From Phoronis australis (taxonomy: Eukaryota > Animalia > Phoronida): DNA of 46,369 nt. This document shows, one piece after another, positions 1 to 11,121 of the stretch (its first letter is position 1; each line of letters starts with the position of its first letter). The notes beneath the pieces are model-generated. The model saw nothing but the letters and a program-made list of their open reading frames with translations, did no database searches and had not been told where the DNA came from. The stretch lies in assembly GCA_002633005.1 (NCBI GenBank), contig NMRA01000075.1:713336-759704 (forward strand), in the 5' to 3' direction. The translations under genes and the position numbers were made by a program.

Positions 1-92
1 TCTTTTCCGTTAATTTCGCCAAGTGTCGCTCAAGACTGTAGCCTTTTTCTTACTGATTTCGGACTTCTACGTTCGTCATGTGTATTTTATTA

Positions 93-209
93 TTACTTCT
101 TTTGTTCATTCCCGCCACCATCGTCGTCATATTCGTCATCTTCGTCATCATCTTTATCGTCAAATTTTTGGTTAATTTCGCCAAGGCTCGCTCCTCGGAG
201 CGCTTTCAT
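93..209 (-). other. Short acidic ORF (38 aa) behind a GC-box/TATA-like promoter; probably a decayed transposon ORF start
   Basis: Minus strand reads MKALRGASLGEINQKFDDKDDDEDDEYDDDGGGNEQKK*. GGGGCGGAGCTTATATAC lies upstream (about 332-315). A TTAA-bounded end ...CCACCTACC|TTAA sits near 525-537. Confidence 0.25.
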
Positions 210-1947
210 TTTATTCTTGGTCTTGCTACAAGATCAATATCAGCTGGTACAGCACTCTCGATTGCCCGGTTACGCAATGTTTGTTGACAGGGTTAGATTA
301 GAGCTAGTGTCCTTGTATATAAGCTCCGCCCCAGTTGTCAGTCACTGAGCTGGTGAGCACTCAAGCCATAAGACTTACTGAGGCTTGGTAAAATATAGCT
401 AAAAAAACAACTTTGGATTTTCAGAATGACTTTACTTTTCTTCAATATACTGTGCATCAAGAATTAAAGATTAGGATGACATAAAAATGTAAAAAAAACA
501 GTCAAAATTCATTTTTTGTGTATCCACCTACCTTAAGATAGATGATAGTAGTATAGTAAGTTGTTTAGGCGCCCTGTGTGGGTGGCGCCTAGGTCAAAGA
601 TCAAAGGTGAAATGTCATATGATGGGTGCAACCGGGAGGGATTTCATTCGCCTACCGAAAGGAAGAGACAGTGACGTCACTAGTCATTACGTAACATGTT
701 TCATTGGACCTATTAGAGAGGGACCTCGACCCAAGGTCAAGGTCATGCGTGTAACCCTAAAACGTCGGTGAACGGGAAGGAAAACGAAGTCTAATCAAAA
801 GTCATGTAAATGTTGACGTCATCAGGTAGGTTAAGGCGTGGCACCGTCCACCACCCGTGGGTTCTAAAAAGAATACGTTTTGTTTGTAGAGCCAAACAGG
901 TCGAGAGTGGAAACAAAATAGGGATTAAATTGCGTTCTAAATATGAACAAAAGCTTGATTCCGTTAATTTGCGTGCACCACGTGTCTAAGTTGTATTATC
1001 CCCTTTGTTTGCTCTCATCTCACATCAACAGATGTCACGTATAACCTGTGAAAGATGATAAGGCGATATTTTAGCTAACCAACTCAACAACAGATGTCGC
1101 CTATACCTAACCGAGGTACTACATTAATATTTAGATATTGTGACGACCTAAAATAGTACACAAACTTCATTTCTTACACGTGTATTAGTAACAGAGGACA
1201 TTCGAATATACTACAAAAATTGTCAAGACTCAGGCACCATTATCCGTACATGTACAAGCAGTTTCCTCTGTCTCGAACTAGACATGCTTCACATTAATGA
1301 CGTATTTGACTATACAAGTTTTGTTTTAGGTAAGACTTGATAGGCATGTGCCTTTCTTATGCTGGGTCACTTAAGTATAGTTTGAACCAAACTGACAATC
1401 AATTACGATGAAATAAACCTATATTTAATATTATATTATAATTACGAATGACATTGTAACAGGTAGTTACTGGATCGCTCATGTTTGTCTGAGCGAACGA
1501 GGAGCTGGGTCGAGTACACGATGTCTTTATTATTTTCAAGTAAACTCTGTTTGCTTGACACAGGTCTGTTGGTAGGATATGTTTGAGTCAGCTGCCTAGA
1601 CACATACGTACGTCCAATAATAACTCATATAATCACCCGATCTTTCTAAAAATTAGATTATCATCTCCCAGTGCTATTCAGAGCAGCATAACCAAACCAG
1701 ACTTCACCCTGGATTTCACAATTAATTAGGTCTATCAGCTGTAACATGGTGATGGTTGTATATTCTCTGCCTACTGAGGGAAAACGATTCCCAAGAGACG
1801 ACCAGTATATTTTTACTTGTCTGTAAGTTATCTCATTTTATTTCTCAACTGATAAGTTGTTGTCGTTAATATTTGAATTTTATTAGGTCTGTTTCAAAAC
1901 ATTGTTCCTAATTTTGTTCTTAGGACCTAAAGCAACTCAGTTGAGCA

Positions 1948-2097
1948 CAGGCGTGTTCAAGGGTGGGGGTCAAAAGGGTCCAGACCCCCATTTTTCCTTG
2001 ATTTCATTGATATCAAATATAGAATTTTCCAATTATTGACCACTTTTTAAAAAAATCTTTGAACCGACCCCTTTGAAAAATCCTGGATCTGCCCCTA
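1948..2097. repeat. Small G/C-tract MITE-like repeat (CAGGCG...GGATCTGCCCCT type)
   Basis: Ends CAGGCGTGTTCAAGGG and CCTGGATCTGCCCCT are imperfectly complementary, with internal GGGGGTC/GACCCC tracts. No TSD found. Confidence 0.4.
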
Positions 2098-2637
2098 GCT
2101 TTTGAGTCGCTAGTTGGGACTGTTTCGTGCAACTGGGCACAGACACCCTGCTGGAATGTAGCATGTCATAAGGTGTAAATTTTCGAAACAAAGATCTGGA
2201 CCCGTGTTTGGGTGGCGTAAGAGGGCAGTTTTTGAATATTGGCATAGAAAACATTTGATGGTTGGGGGAGGAAAGTCAGTCAAATTTTCGATTTTATTTT
2301 AAAACAAAGTTTATGTATTGAAAGTTTGTGTAATTAATTGTTAATTGATATTATCATATGGAATATTGGGGACAGAAAGCTATTTCCGACCCAGCCTTTT
2401 GGTTGAGGGGCGCCCATCCACCTTTTTGCTCCTCCCTCTTCTTCAGCTGATATAACTTATGTTCATTGCTTCCCGAAATCCCTTGGATAAAATCCTACAT
2501 GTTTTGTACCTGTCCACCCTCCAATAACCTACTTTCACCTGCTCAACTCTGATTAGTGAGTCACTCAATGCTTAAGATGTATGTGTTTTTTCTAATACAT
2601 TGCTCATATTTTTGTTCTCAATATTTTAACAGCCACT

Positions 2638-2796
2638 TCATAATTTTGAATTTGACAAATTAAAATCGGCCCTGGTAGTCGACGCCTCGCGTACTTCGTC
2701 GGAGCACACACACCCGGTAGGTGTCGCAACGGTCCATGACACAATAATGGCGGCGGCCAGTGAAATTAGTCTTGTTAACGTCTTTGGCTTAGCCAT
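2638..2796 (-). CDS. Candidate first exon or small ORF of a secreted protein
   Basis: From ATG 2796: MAKPKTLTRLISLAAAIIVSWTVATPTGCVCSDE..., i.e. basic n-region, hydrophobic core and small residues typical of a signal peptide. Locally GC-rich. Only a weak donor (GAA|GTACGC) is visible. Confidence 0.3.
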   Translation of the reverse strand: MAKPKTLTRLISLAAAIIVSWTVATPTGCVCSDEVREASTTRADFNLSNSKL

Positions 2797-3741
2797 GTGA
2801 GGCTTCTTTCGGGGAAATCGCCGGAATATCACGAGCAATAATAAGTTATATCAGCATTGAAATTTTCTGGTGTATAATACAATAAAAATAACGGTAAATT
2901 GTAGCAATTTATGTCTAGATTATTGCAAATAGATGTAATTTGATTCGACAAAGATTGATTTCTAAGTTACTATTAATAAAACAGAATTGGAAATAAGTAC
3001 GCGAACAATCTTTATTTCAAACAATAACCGAAAATTTCCTTCTGCTTTATGAACGGAAGCCACAACGACTGTGAAATAATTAAAATCTGCCTTCAGTTCG
3101 TTTTAATGATGTCAAGGCAGTAGCAAATCAATGCGCAGAAGGTTTTTCACCTACTGTAACCAATCCTCAGATGGCTCATCGATCAGCGCCGGCTACGGGA
3201 CAAGGCTGTCAAAATAGCAAGAACTTTTATAAAAAATGCAAAACTTAACATGTGGGATTTTTTTTGAGTAAAAAATACTTGAAGAGATATCTAGTCACCC
3301 GGAGGAGCTCCCCTGATCGTCACGGGGTGGAAAATATGGAATTACAGTCCACTGCAAACGTCAAGTAATGAACGAGATGAATACACCGGCCGGCGGATGT
3401 AAAAGTGCTAAGTACCAATCACAAATAAGTCCGACAATAACAATAAATAGTTATTAAATTACGATTGCATAAGGATGTACAGTTATTATGAACTAGTTAC
3501 ACTAGCTTTTAATAACTGCCGTTGCGGCACCGACCAGAGTTTGCCATAAATGACAGCAGAGACTATAGCTATAGCGGCCTCCGTGTAATTATGAGCGAAA
3601 CACGTTTCACAATTATGCTTTTGGTTTGATTGCCACGCAAATAATCCTTAATTTTACTGTCAATTAACAATCATGAGTACATGTAAATGTCGATTGCGGA
3701 TTAAAATAGAAAAATCTGTTGCCAAGTAAATGAGTTGTCAA

Positions 3742-3797
3742 TTAATGCTTTTCTGGCGAGATACGGATGTACAAGCTGGTTCTGGTGGAATCATATC
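3742..3797 (-). CDS. Candidate terminal exon 3 of the secreted coiled-coil gene
   Basis: Acceptor TATTTTTTTCAAG|G. Phase-1 compatible with the exon ending at 8206; reads (G)YDSTRTSLYIRISPEKH*. No independent support. Confidence 0.25.
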
Positions 3798-4794
3798 CTT
3801 GAAAAAAATACTGAACGATCCACAATCAACCCAGAAATTAATGGCAATTGAACAATGCACGTGCTAAATTTCAGCGTTACTAACGCTTTAGGCAAGGGAA
3901 TCTGTGTTGGTTGAGAATGGTAGTCGACAGGAAACCACGTAACTACTTTATTGAACAATAACACAATTTTGTAATTAAGGAATGATATGTTTCTCAACGG
4001 AGTTACTCTTTGTTTTGGATGAAATAACCAAGAGGCATGGGACGCAAAAAACGGAGTAAATTGTATTATTTAAAGTGGTTGTCTGCCACTGAAACAAAAT
4101 TCAGATCCTGCTCACGAGTACGGTTTGTTCGCAAAGATTTTCAAGTTCTGTAAATGTACAACGAGTCAGAGCCCATGTACAAATTGACGGCATTGAAAAT
4201 GCAGACAATGTTAAAAACATAGGCGGCAGCGATCTGCGTTGTGTAGCTGAACCTGTACTCGGTTGCATGAAACAATCCAAAATTGGAACTCAACTAAGTT
4301 TTCTAAATCTACTGCGCATTTGTGGACTTGTGAAAACACCAATTGTCACTTCTGCTATTTTAGTTTCATTACTTAGTCAAAGTTTGGCTTTGATACAAAG
4401 TGAATTCAACATTGAATTCGCAGTATTATTGAAACTATGTAGGGATCTTTTCATTCAACACTAAGTCCCTGTTTATTTTCATTGAATTCCGGACTCAGTT
4501 TTTAGTTATATTCTTAAAATAATGTCATAAGTCGATGAAGAGGTAATAATAAAGTTGGAATGGTAGAATAAGATTATATTTGTGAGTAGATAGGCAAACG
4601 ATTTAGGAATCTTAGTTCCTATTTGGGACTGTTTATGCAACCCGGCACAGGTGTCTCGATATCCTACGGATGCTGCAGGCTGAATGTACGCAACTGGATA
4701 CATACATGTACATGTACCCAGTCAGCAGCTCGGTGGGTATCGCTTAATTCCTGCAGAGAAACAGTAACCTGGCCTGACAGAAACACATCACTGG

Positions 4795-4890
4795 ATGGGG
4801 AATCCACTGTGTACCGAGTGTGGCATTGATGTTGAAACCCCTCAACACCTGGTAGAGTATTGTCCGACTTTTTATAGGCTAAGGAGTAAG
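4795..4890 (+). pseudogene. Non-LTR retrotransposon ORF2 C-terminal zinc-knuckle remnant
   Basis: PLCTECGIDVETPQHLVEYCPTFYRLR matches the C-x2-C...ET..H...CP motif found at the end of LINE ORF2 proteins. Truncated shortly after by the Academ-type element. Confidence 0.65.
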
Positions 4891-4928
4891 CTTCAGGTGA
4901 ATGACACTGTTACATGCCTACAACATAT

Positions 4929-7525
4929 TAGTGTAGTTGCCAAAAAGGTGACCCTGCAATGTTGTTTACTGCAAAGTTTTCTTTTGGAAATTCATTATAT
5001 GTGGTTAGGAGAATAAAATTAACTTGGTTGCACTTTGTGCAACTTTGAGCATTTTTTATAATTCAAGATGGCAGCTTCCGCCATCTTGAATTTCGCCTAA
5101 TTTCCATACTCTGAGTCCATTTCTGATATATTTTTTTGGATGCCAGGTCACAGTCAAGGTCAAATGAGAGGTCAAAGGTCACGTTGAACTGAGACAAGGA
5201 AATTCATCAATTTTGGCCGACAAAATGTTAAATTTATGGGAAATGTGGAATTATCATTTCTGTGATTCCATTATATGAAGAGTAAAGGACAGCTAAATTC
5301 TTGAATAAGATGTCCTGCCAACATCCCAGTAGCTAGTTTAAAATATTGTTGCACCGAACCTACGCATGTTGATCAGGGAGGCCCACCGCACTGATCACCT
5401 TGGACCATCTTTAGGCTTTATTAGTTGAAACAGAGCTGACAGCTTGAATCAAGCGACCAGCAGTGTGTTCCGTGTGAATTGAACACATAGCCTTGAGTAG
5501 AGAAAGCCACACTGCCACATCGTGAATAGAGGTATGTGTATAGATTAGACGTAATCCGTGCTGGGTACATATACGTAGACTGGGATGGGTACTATTATTA
5601 ATTCAGGGAAAACTCATGAACTATTACTTCTGGAACTTACTCATGCGCTTACCCAAGGGTGTGTGTATAGAACAAGAGATTTTAATAATAGTTGTACTAC
5701 AGTCTTGTCATCCAAGTGTTGACAACTGTGCTTCGAGTAAAACTTTCTTGACATTATTAGACAGGTGCTCCACATACAGGAAACTTCAATATAAACTTCG
5801 ATGAAAGAACTCTGACAGGCTGCTAAACTTTGAATAAACTTCTTGCCAGAAATGTTTGAAAACTTTAGTCGAACACTTATCACACGTTTGTCGAACTTTT
5901 GTCGTAGTTTAGGTTGCCGTTATTGCGCCTAGCCGTTTATTGTTTATTTATGAATGGAGTTACGTTCAAGATGTGGAAATTAAGACAACGTACATGGAGG
6001 CGCTATCGTATTCTAGTCGAAAATAATTTCCACGTTGTTCGGTTTACTTTAAAAACTACTACACCAGCGCAGGTACCGTACACAATCATGGTCACCTGCT
6101 GCAAAGAAATATGTCAACATCTTCTTGAGACAGGATTGTCTAAGGAAGAAGTCAAGGCAGAAACGTGAGAGACAGCAGTGTTGACTTACAATGACAATCT
6201 ACTGTACTGATATGGGTGGTTATTGACCATCCAGGTGAACCATCAACTCTTCATAAGACTTGGCCCTATTTGAGTAGACATTGGCTGCGATGAGATTGTA
6301 TACCTACAGAGGATCGGTTCTAGCCTTACCGTTGACTACTGGAGTGTAACAGGTTACTACTCCGATAGCCCACTACTCCGAAAAATACAGCTACTCCGAA
6401 GGTCCACTACTCCGAAAGAACACCGTTACTACAGCTTTTTTACACGATCTTCCTAAATTTTCTCAAAATTTCACTAATGAGATATTAATTTGTTACCCAT
6501 ACAAAAAATAAATTATGACAATGAAGTCCAATGACTTATTTCTGCCATTTTTACTGTCTTGGTAGTTAACAACTCTTGTATCCTATCTTCTTTGAATTTC
6601 GCTTAATCGAGAGAAAATGTATCATATTACATGCGCGCACCTACGGGGAGGCTCAAATAAAACCCCCCATTCGGCGAAGTGGGCGAAAAGGTCCGAGAAA
6701 ACGAGACAAACTCCACTAAAAAGGCGCGAATATGCAATTCATAGCCCTGAATGAGATATCGATTTCTTTGGTCCCCGTTTTTTGTTTATAAAAACACATT
6801 GCCAAAAATTCGAGGGCCCCCATATTTTAGACTGGGTTTGCATATGTATTAGTGTTATCAAATGAAATAAATGCGTTCATATTTGGAGAAAGTGTGGGTT
6901 TCTTCGGAGTAGTTTTTTCTTTGTGGAGAAGAGGTTTTTCGTACATGCAGAATTGTTTATTTGGAGTAATGGACAGTACCGGTAACCATATACTGGACGC
7001 ACCAGCAACTGCTGAGCATATGAGCATTTCCACGCCATATGCTTTCTCTATTTTGCCAATACAACCCTCATGAAACTTGTGGGCAAAATGTTTGGCCCAC
7101 TATAGTACATCTAAGTAATAGTCAGCATTTTGTAGAGGTTAACGAAGAAAATGAAAAATTATGAGATAAAAACTAAATCTCAAACGGCTGCTAGGCCGTT
7201 TTGACGTTTGACCTCTGGTTTGACCTTGAAAATGACACCGTATCAATAAAATAACACCAGAAATGGACTCACCATCACAGAAAATGGTACAAACAATGTG
7301 TTACATGACTCTGCTAGTCATCACATTGAATAAACTAAAGTGGGTCGAAATTAAAAATGGCGGAATAAGCCTTCTTTAATTGCAAAAAATGCTCAAAGTT
7401 GCACTAAGTGCAACCAAGCTAATTTTTTTCTTCTGATCACACTTAATATATTTCAAAAATAAAACTTTACAGTAATCAACATTGCAGGGTTCACTATGGG
7501 AGCTATTGGGCTTGCAACTAGACTA
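4929..7525. mobile_element. Academ-type non-autonomous DNA transposon
   Basis: Termini TAGTGTAGTTGC...GCAACTAGACTA (TAGT/ACTA). About 130-bp imperfect TIRs (4929-5057 vs 7384-7525). Flanks TAT/TGT resemble a 3-bp TSD with one mismatch. Confidence 0.65.
6340..7003. repeat. MITE-like insert with CTACTCCGA subterminal repeats inside the Academ-type element
   Basis: Four CTACTCCGA copies at 6357-6415; inverted TTCGGAGTAG/TTGGAGTAA at about 6903 and 6961. Boundaries approximate. Confidence 0.4.
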
Positions 7526-8205
7526 TGTAGCACAAGGCAACAAATGGAAAATCTTTCTGTTTTCTTAAACGAGACAGGCAGACTCTAAAATTTCGTTCTC
7601 GAAGAACCTGTTGATCGATAACAGGGTTCTCATGTTTTGAGTTCAAGCGTTTTTGTGGAATGAGCCCAGTCGTGAGACCTGCGCACGTTTGATGCACCGC
7701 GAATGAATGGCATCAGACGGCATGCACTCTTTATGAACACTTAAATTTTGTTATAATGGTACATGTACCACAGTATTCAACTATATTATAGAGTGTACTT
7801 GGGATTATTTTTTGAAACATGCTTCACTGGCTTGCATCATATTGTGCTGTCGATCTCAGATTTGGAGTGGGATCACACAAGATAACGTGCAGTTACACCC
7901 ACCTCGTCAGTCAGCTCTTGGTCGAATAACCGTGAGCGCATGCGCCTTTTAATCGTAAGTGGATGGGGAATAGAAACTGAGGTGGCAACAGTTTTTCCTT
8001 TTCAAAAATCGTGAAATTCGTGTTATTTTCTTGAAATTCCATGACAGGGGAAGGTGATAGATGTTGAAAGATGGTACTTTCGCCAGGAATTGTTTGAAAG
8101 ATATTTTGGCGAGCTTTTGCATTGCAAGCCTCTTTAAACCCGTAGTTTAAAATGTGTCGAAGCAGCTTCATTTCAAGGAAAGTGTGGAAAGAAGTGAAGG
8201 CTAAC

Positions 8206-8506
8206 CTGTTTTACACGAACACTGTGTCAAATTATTCAGTTTGCCTGTGTGCTTGTCGAGAGTCGCCTGCTGTTTGGCAAAGGATTCCAAATATCTTGTC
8301 CTTGTTTGAGTAACCACGGCCTTCAGTTCAGCAATTTCACGTGTCTGAACATCAATTTTGTTGTTTATTGCAGCAAAAAGTGTGGAAACTCTTCTTTCCA
8401 AGCTGGCCAATGACGTCACCATACTTTTTGGAGGAGACGGTGTTATTCTTCCGAAGGTGGAGCCATCGCAATCCGGATGGGAACATCCCGACACCATATT
8501 CAAATG
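8206..8506 (-). CDS. Exon 2 of a secreted coiled-coil protein gene
   Basis: Acceptor TATTTTAG|C at 8507/8506 and donor ACAG|GTTAG at 8206/8205; 301 bp open in phase 0. Reads HLNMVSGCSHPDCDG...SLERRVSTLFAAINNKIDVQTREIAELKAVV...CSCKT with heptad-like hydrophobic spacing. Confidence 0.75.
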
Positions 8507-8798
8507 CTAAAATACCAATTAACATAACAAAAAGATTATCGCTTCCAGATACATGTATGATAGTGGCATGGCATGGAATGCGTAATTCTCATCTCATCGC
8601 AGAGAGAGATACTTCGTCAACGTTAAATAAGCAACTCTGGGTATTGCAGAAAGTTTACGGTAAACTAATGCTAAGTTATAGACATGAACTGTGCTTACAT
8701 ATACATTTCAGTGCTTTAAAAAGGCAAATACATACAGTGATGCATATTTCCTGAAGTTTGACTTGCATGCGAGCAGGTAAGTGAACAACTTAACTTAC

Positions 8799-8831
8799 AA
8801 CCAGTACCGAGAAGTACAGTACAACAATCAT
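8799..8831 (-). CDS. Exon 1 (coding part) of the secreted coiled-coil protein gene
   Basis: ATG at 8831, MIVVLYFSVLV, then the canonical donor GTAAGT in phase 0. Joins exon 2 to form signal peptide MIVVLYFSVLVHLNMVSG|C. Confidence 0.7.
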
Positions 8832-8906
8832 CGTTTCGTTTCTTCGAGACCTCTCGGTGTCGCCAAAAATGCTTGTGCTGTTTCACTGTGAGACACTCAG
8901 TTTGAG

Positions 8907-8938
8907 CAATGAGCTAGTACATCAGGAGTAGCTCATTG
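8907..8938. mobile_element. 32-bp TIR-only transposon relic or excision footprint (P-element-like)
   Basis: CAATGAGCTA...TAGCTCATTG 10-bp inverted ends, flanked by a perfect 7-bp direct repeat GTTTGAG (8900-8906, 8939-8945). Confidence 0.6.
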
Positions 8939-9073
8939 GTTTGAGAAACCTCGCGTTTAGAGTCACGTGTATACTGATAGTGAACGGTTGCAGGTGACAA
9001 TTCGCAAGAACCGAACAGCAAGCCGTCATTATCTAGCAGTGGGAATGGTCAAAAGGTTGCAAATCTATGAAAT

Positions 9074-10041
9074 GGGCTAAAGGGTTCTTAAACGAGTAAC
9101 TTTTTGTGCGTTGAAATGTGTTTAATCAACGCGTACTTTTTTGAAATTTACGCGTTTATCGCTTAATCTTCCCGTACTTTTGCTTAATTTACACGTGCTT
9201 TTACTTAATCTACGCGTACTTTTATTATACACGTAAGAACCCTTTGGGAATACCTACAAATCGACCTCGCTTAACTCTTCATCGCATATGTCTGTGCAGC
9301 GGCATGGGTTCTTAAACGAACACTACATACCTACGTATACTTTAGCTTAATCTACGTGTACTTTTGCTTAATTTACGCGTGCTTTTGCTTAATCTCCGAG
9401 TACTTTTAATTTACACGACACACAACATTTGCTTAATCTACGTGTACATTTAGTTCTTAAACGGTCATAATTCTGCTCTTAGTCAATTAATTGGAGAACA
9501 TGGGCGTGATTCAAACCACGCGCACATTAAACAAAAATACGCGTAGATCAAAGACGAAGGCAACCTTTTTCCATGTCATTTTGAGCTAAAATAAGGTTGG
9601 TTGGTTATCCTAGACATATTTTCCACTTAATTACAGTTTTTCGTAATTTTATTAATTACTCGTCCGCTACTCCGGAAGTGACGTTTTAGGAGGCAAGCAT
9701 TTCGCGCCAATTTCTTTTCATATAGTCTGACAGTGAGAGCTGCCGAGTCAGTCATTGTTCTACCTCGGTTGTGTTAAGTTCCGTCGTCGTTTGCTTNNNN
9801 NNNNNNNNNNNNNNNNNNNNNNNNNNNNNNNTGGCGGGAAACGGTTGCCTCCTAAAACGTCACTTCCGGAGTAGCGGAGGAGTAATTTATAAAATTACGA
9901 AAAGCTGTAATTAAGTGGAAAATATGTCTAGGATAACCAACCAACCTTATTTTAGCTCAAAATGACATAGAAAAAGGTTGCCTTCGCCTTTAAGCATAGT
10001 TCAACGCATAGAAAAGTACTCGTTTAAGTAACCTTTGGCGC
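9074..10041. mobile_element. MITE with ~45-bp imperfect TIRs and internal 21-bp tandem repeats
   Basis: GGGCTAAAGGGTTCTTAAACGAGTAAC...GCGTTGAA vs TTCAACGC...GTACTCGTTTAAGTAACCTTTGGCGC. Internal (G)CTTAATCTACGCGTACTTTT repeats at about 9120-9450. Confidence 0.6.
9552..9989. mobile_element. Young Kolobok-type MITE with ~160-bp near-perfect TIRs, nested in the 9074-10041 MITE
   Basis: Arms 9552-9709 and 9832-9989 are near-exact reverse complements. Ends AG(A/G)CGAAGGCAACC...GGTTGCCTTCGCCT. Flanks TCAA/TTAA. The centre contains an N gap (9797-9831). Confidence 0.8.
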
Positions 10042-11121
10042 TTTATATATGCCATACACTACATGTAAAATATATCGCACTTACACATCAGTTGTAAACT
10101 GATAAGACCTTTTTTTCGCCGTCCCGAAGGTGACGAGATCAGCAAAATCACTTGTATTGACAAAATGGACAATAACCATGGATTGAAATAGTTGGCCATT
10201 TTCGCCATTTGTGCAAGGGTTGCTAGGGAATAGCTCTATCTTACGTGGTGCTACCTATAAATGGAGATAATCTTGTGGGAGATTATGTGTACGATTGGCG
10301 ATATTTCGGTGGAGTGGTTTGCGTAAGGTCACAAGTGTGCTGATCGTTGATGGGCCAAATGATTCAATCACACTATTTCACAGTGCTTCGTTTTAAAAAA
10401 GCTCGCATGGATTAGACAGCGATCGTGTGAATGTACAACAAATAACATTTCCGCAAAAACTGAGGAATGTCTGACATGACAAGAATTTCAGATATTAATT
10501 TTGTACAGAGGAAAAATTTGGATGATTGATGTAGTTTCTAAAAACTCTAATGTACATAGGGTAGCGGACAACTATTGTCACGGTTATATCACGATATGAA
10601 TTGCAGGAAATCAATTAAATTACTTGAATGGGAGACTTTCGAGTCAAAACATGGGGCCAGACATTAGATGGCATCTAGGGTACGAGGGGGCAGTTTTTGT
10701 TTAAAATGCGTCACGTCATTTTTATTAAAACGCACTACATTTGATCACCTATACTGTAACAATAGCACTTTCACGGAGTCAAACTCACTGCGAAAAAGTA
10801 CACCCTAGTTTCATCAGGTGGCGATCCTTTGCACTGATTAAACTATATATACCTTGCTTCATGAAGTTTTCCCTTTGATTAGCAGTTTAGCGACTACTTG
10901 TGAGAAGATGCATAAATACTTTTGACTGCCATGTTTACTCTGGTATTCCAAGTCACACATGTATGAAGGAGTGAAGTAAATGTCCTTAACGGGTTTGGAT
11001 ATAAAAACTACCTTTGACTTGATCCTGGCTTCTGGGATGTTACCAAGGCTACTAGGACCTGTTTCCTAAATAACATACAGAATTGGAAAAGCTTGATTCC
11101 CGCTTTCGAGAACACCTTTAA

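Larger units (their letters stand above)
4031..8133 (+). mobile_element. Disrupted copy of the TTAA-type (Kolobok-like) non-autonomous element at 23553-24353, carrying nested insertions
   Basis: 4031-4150 matches the left end and about 7770-8133 the right end of the 23553-24353 element. Termini AGAGGCATGG... and ...AAGCCTCT|TTAA. Confidence 0.6.
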
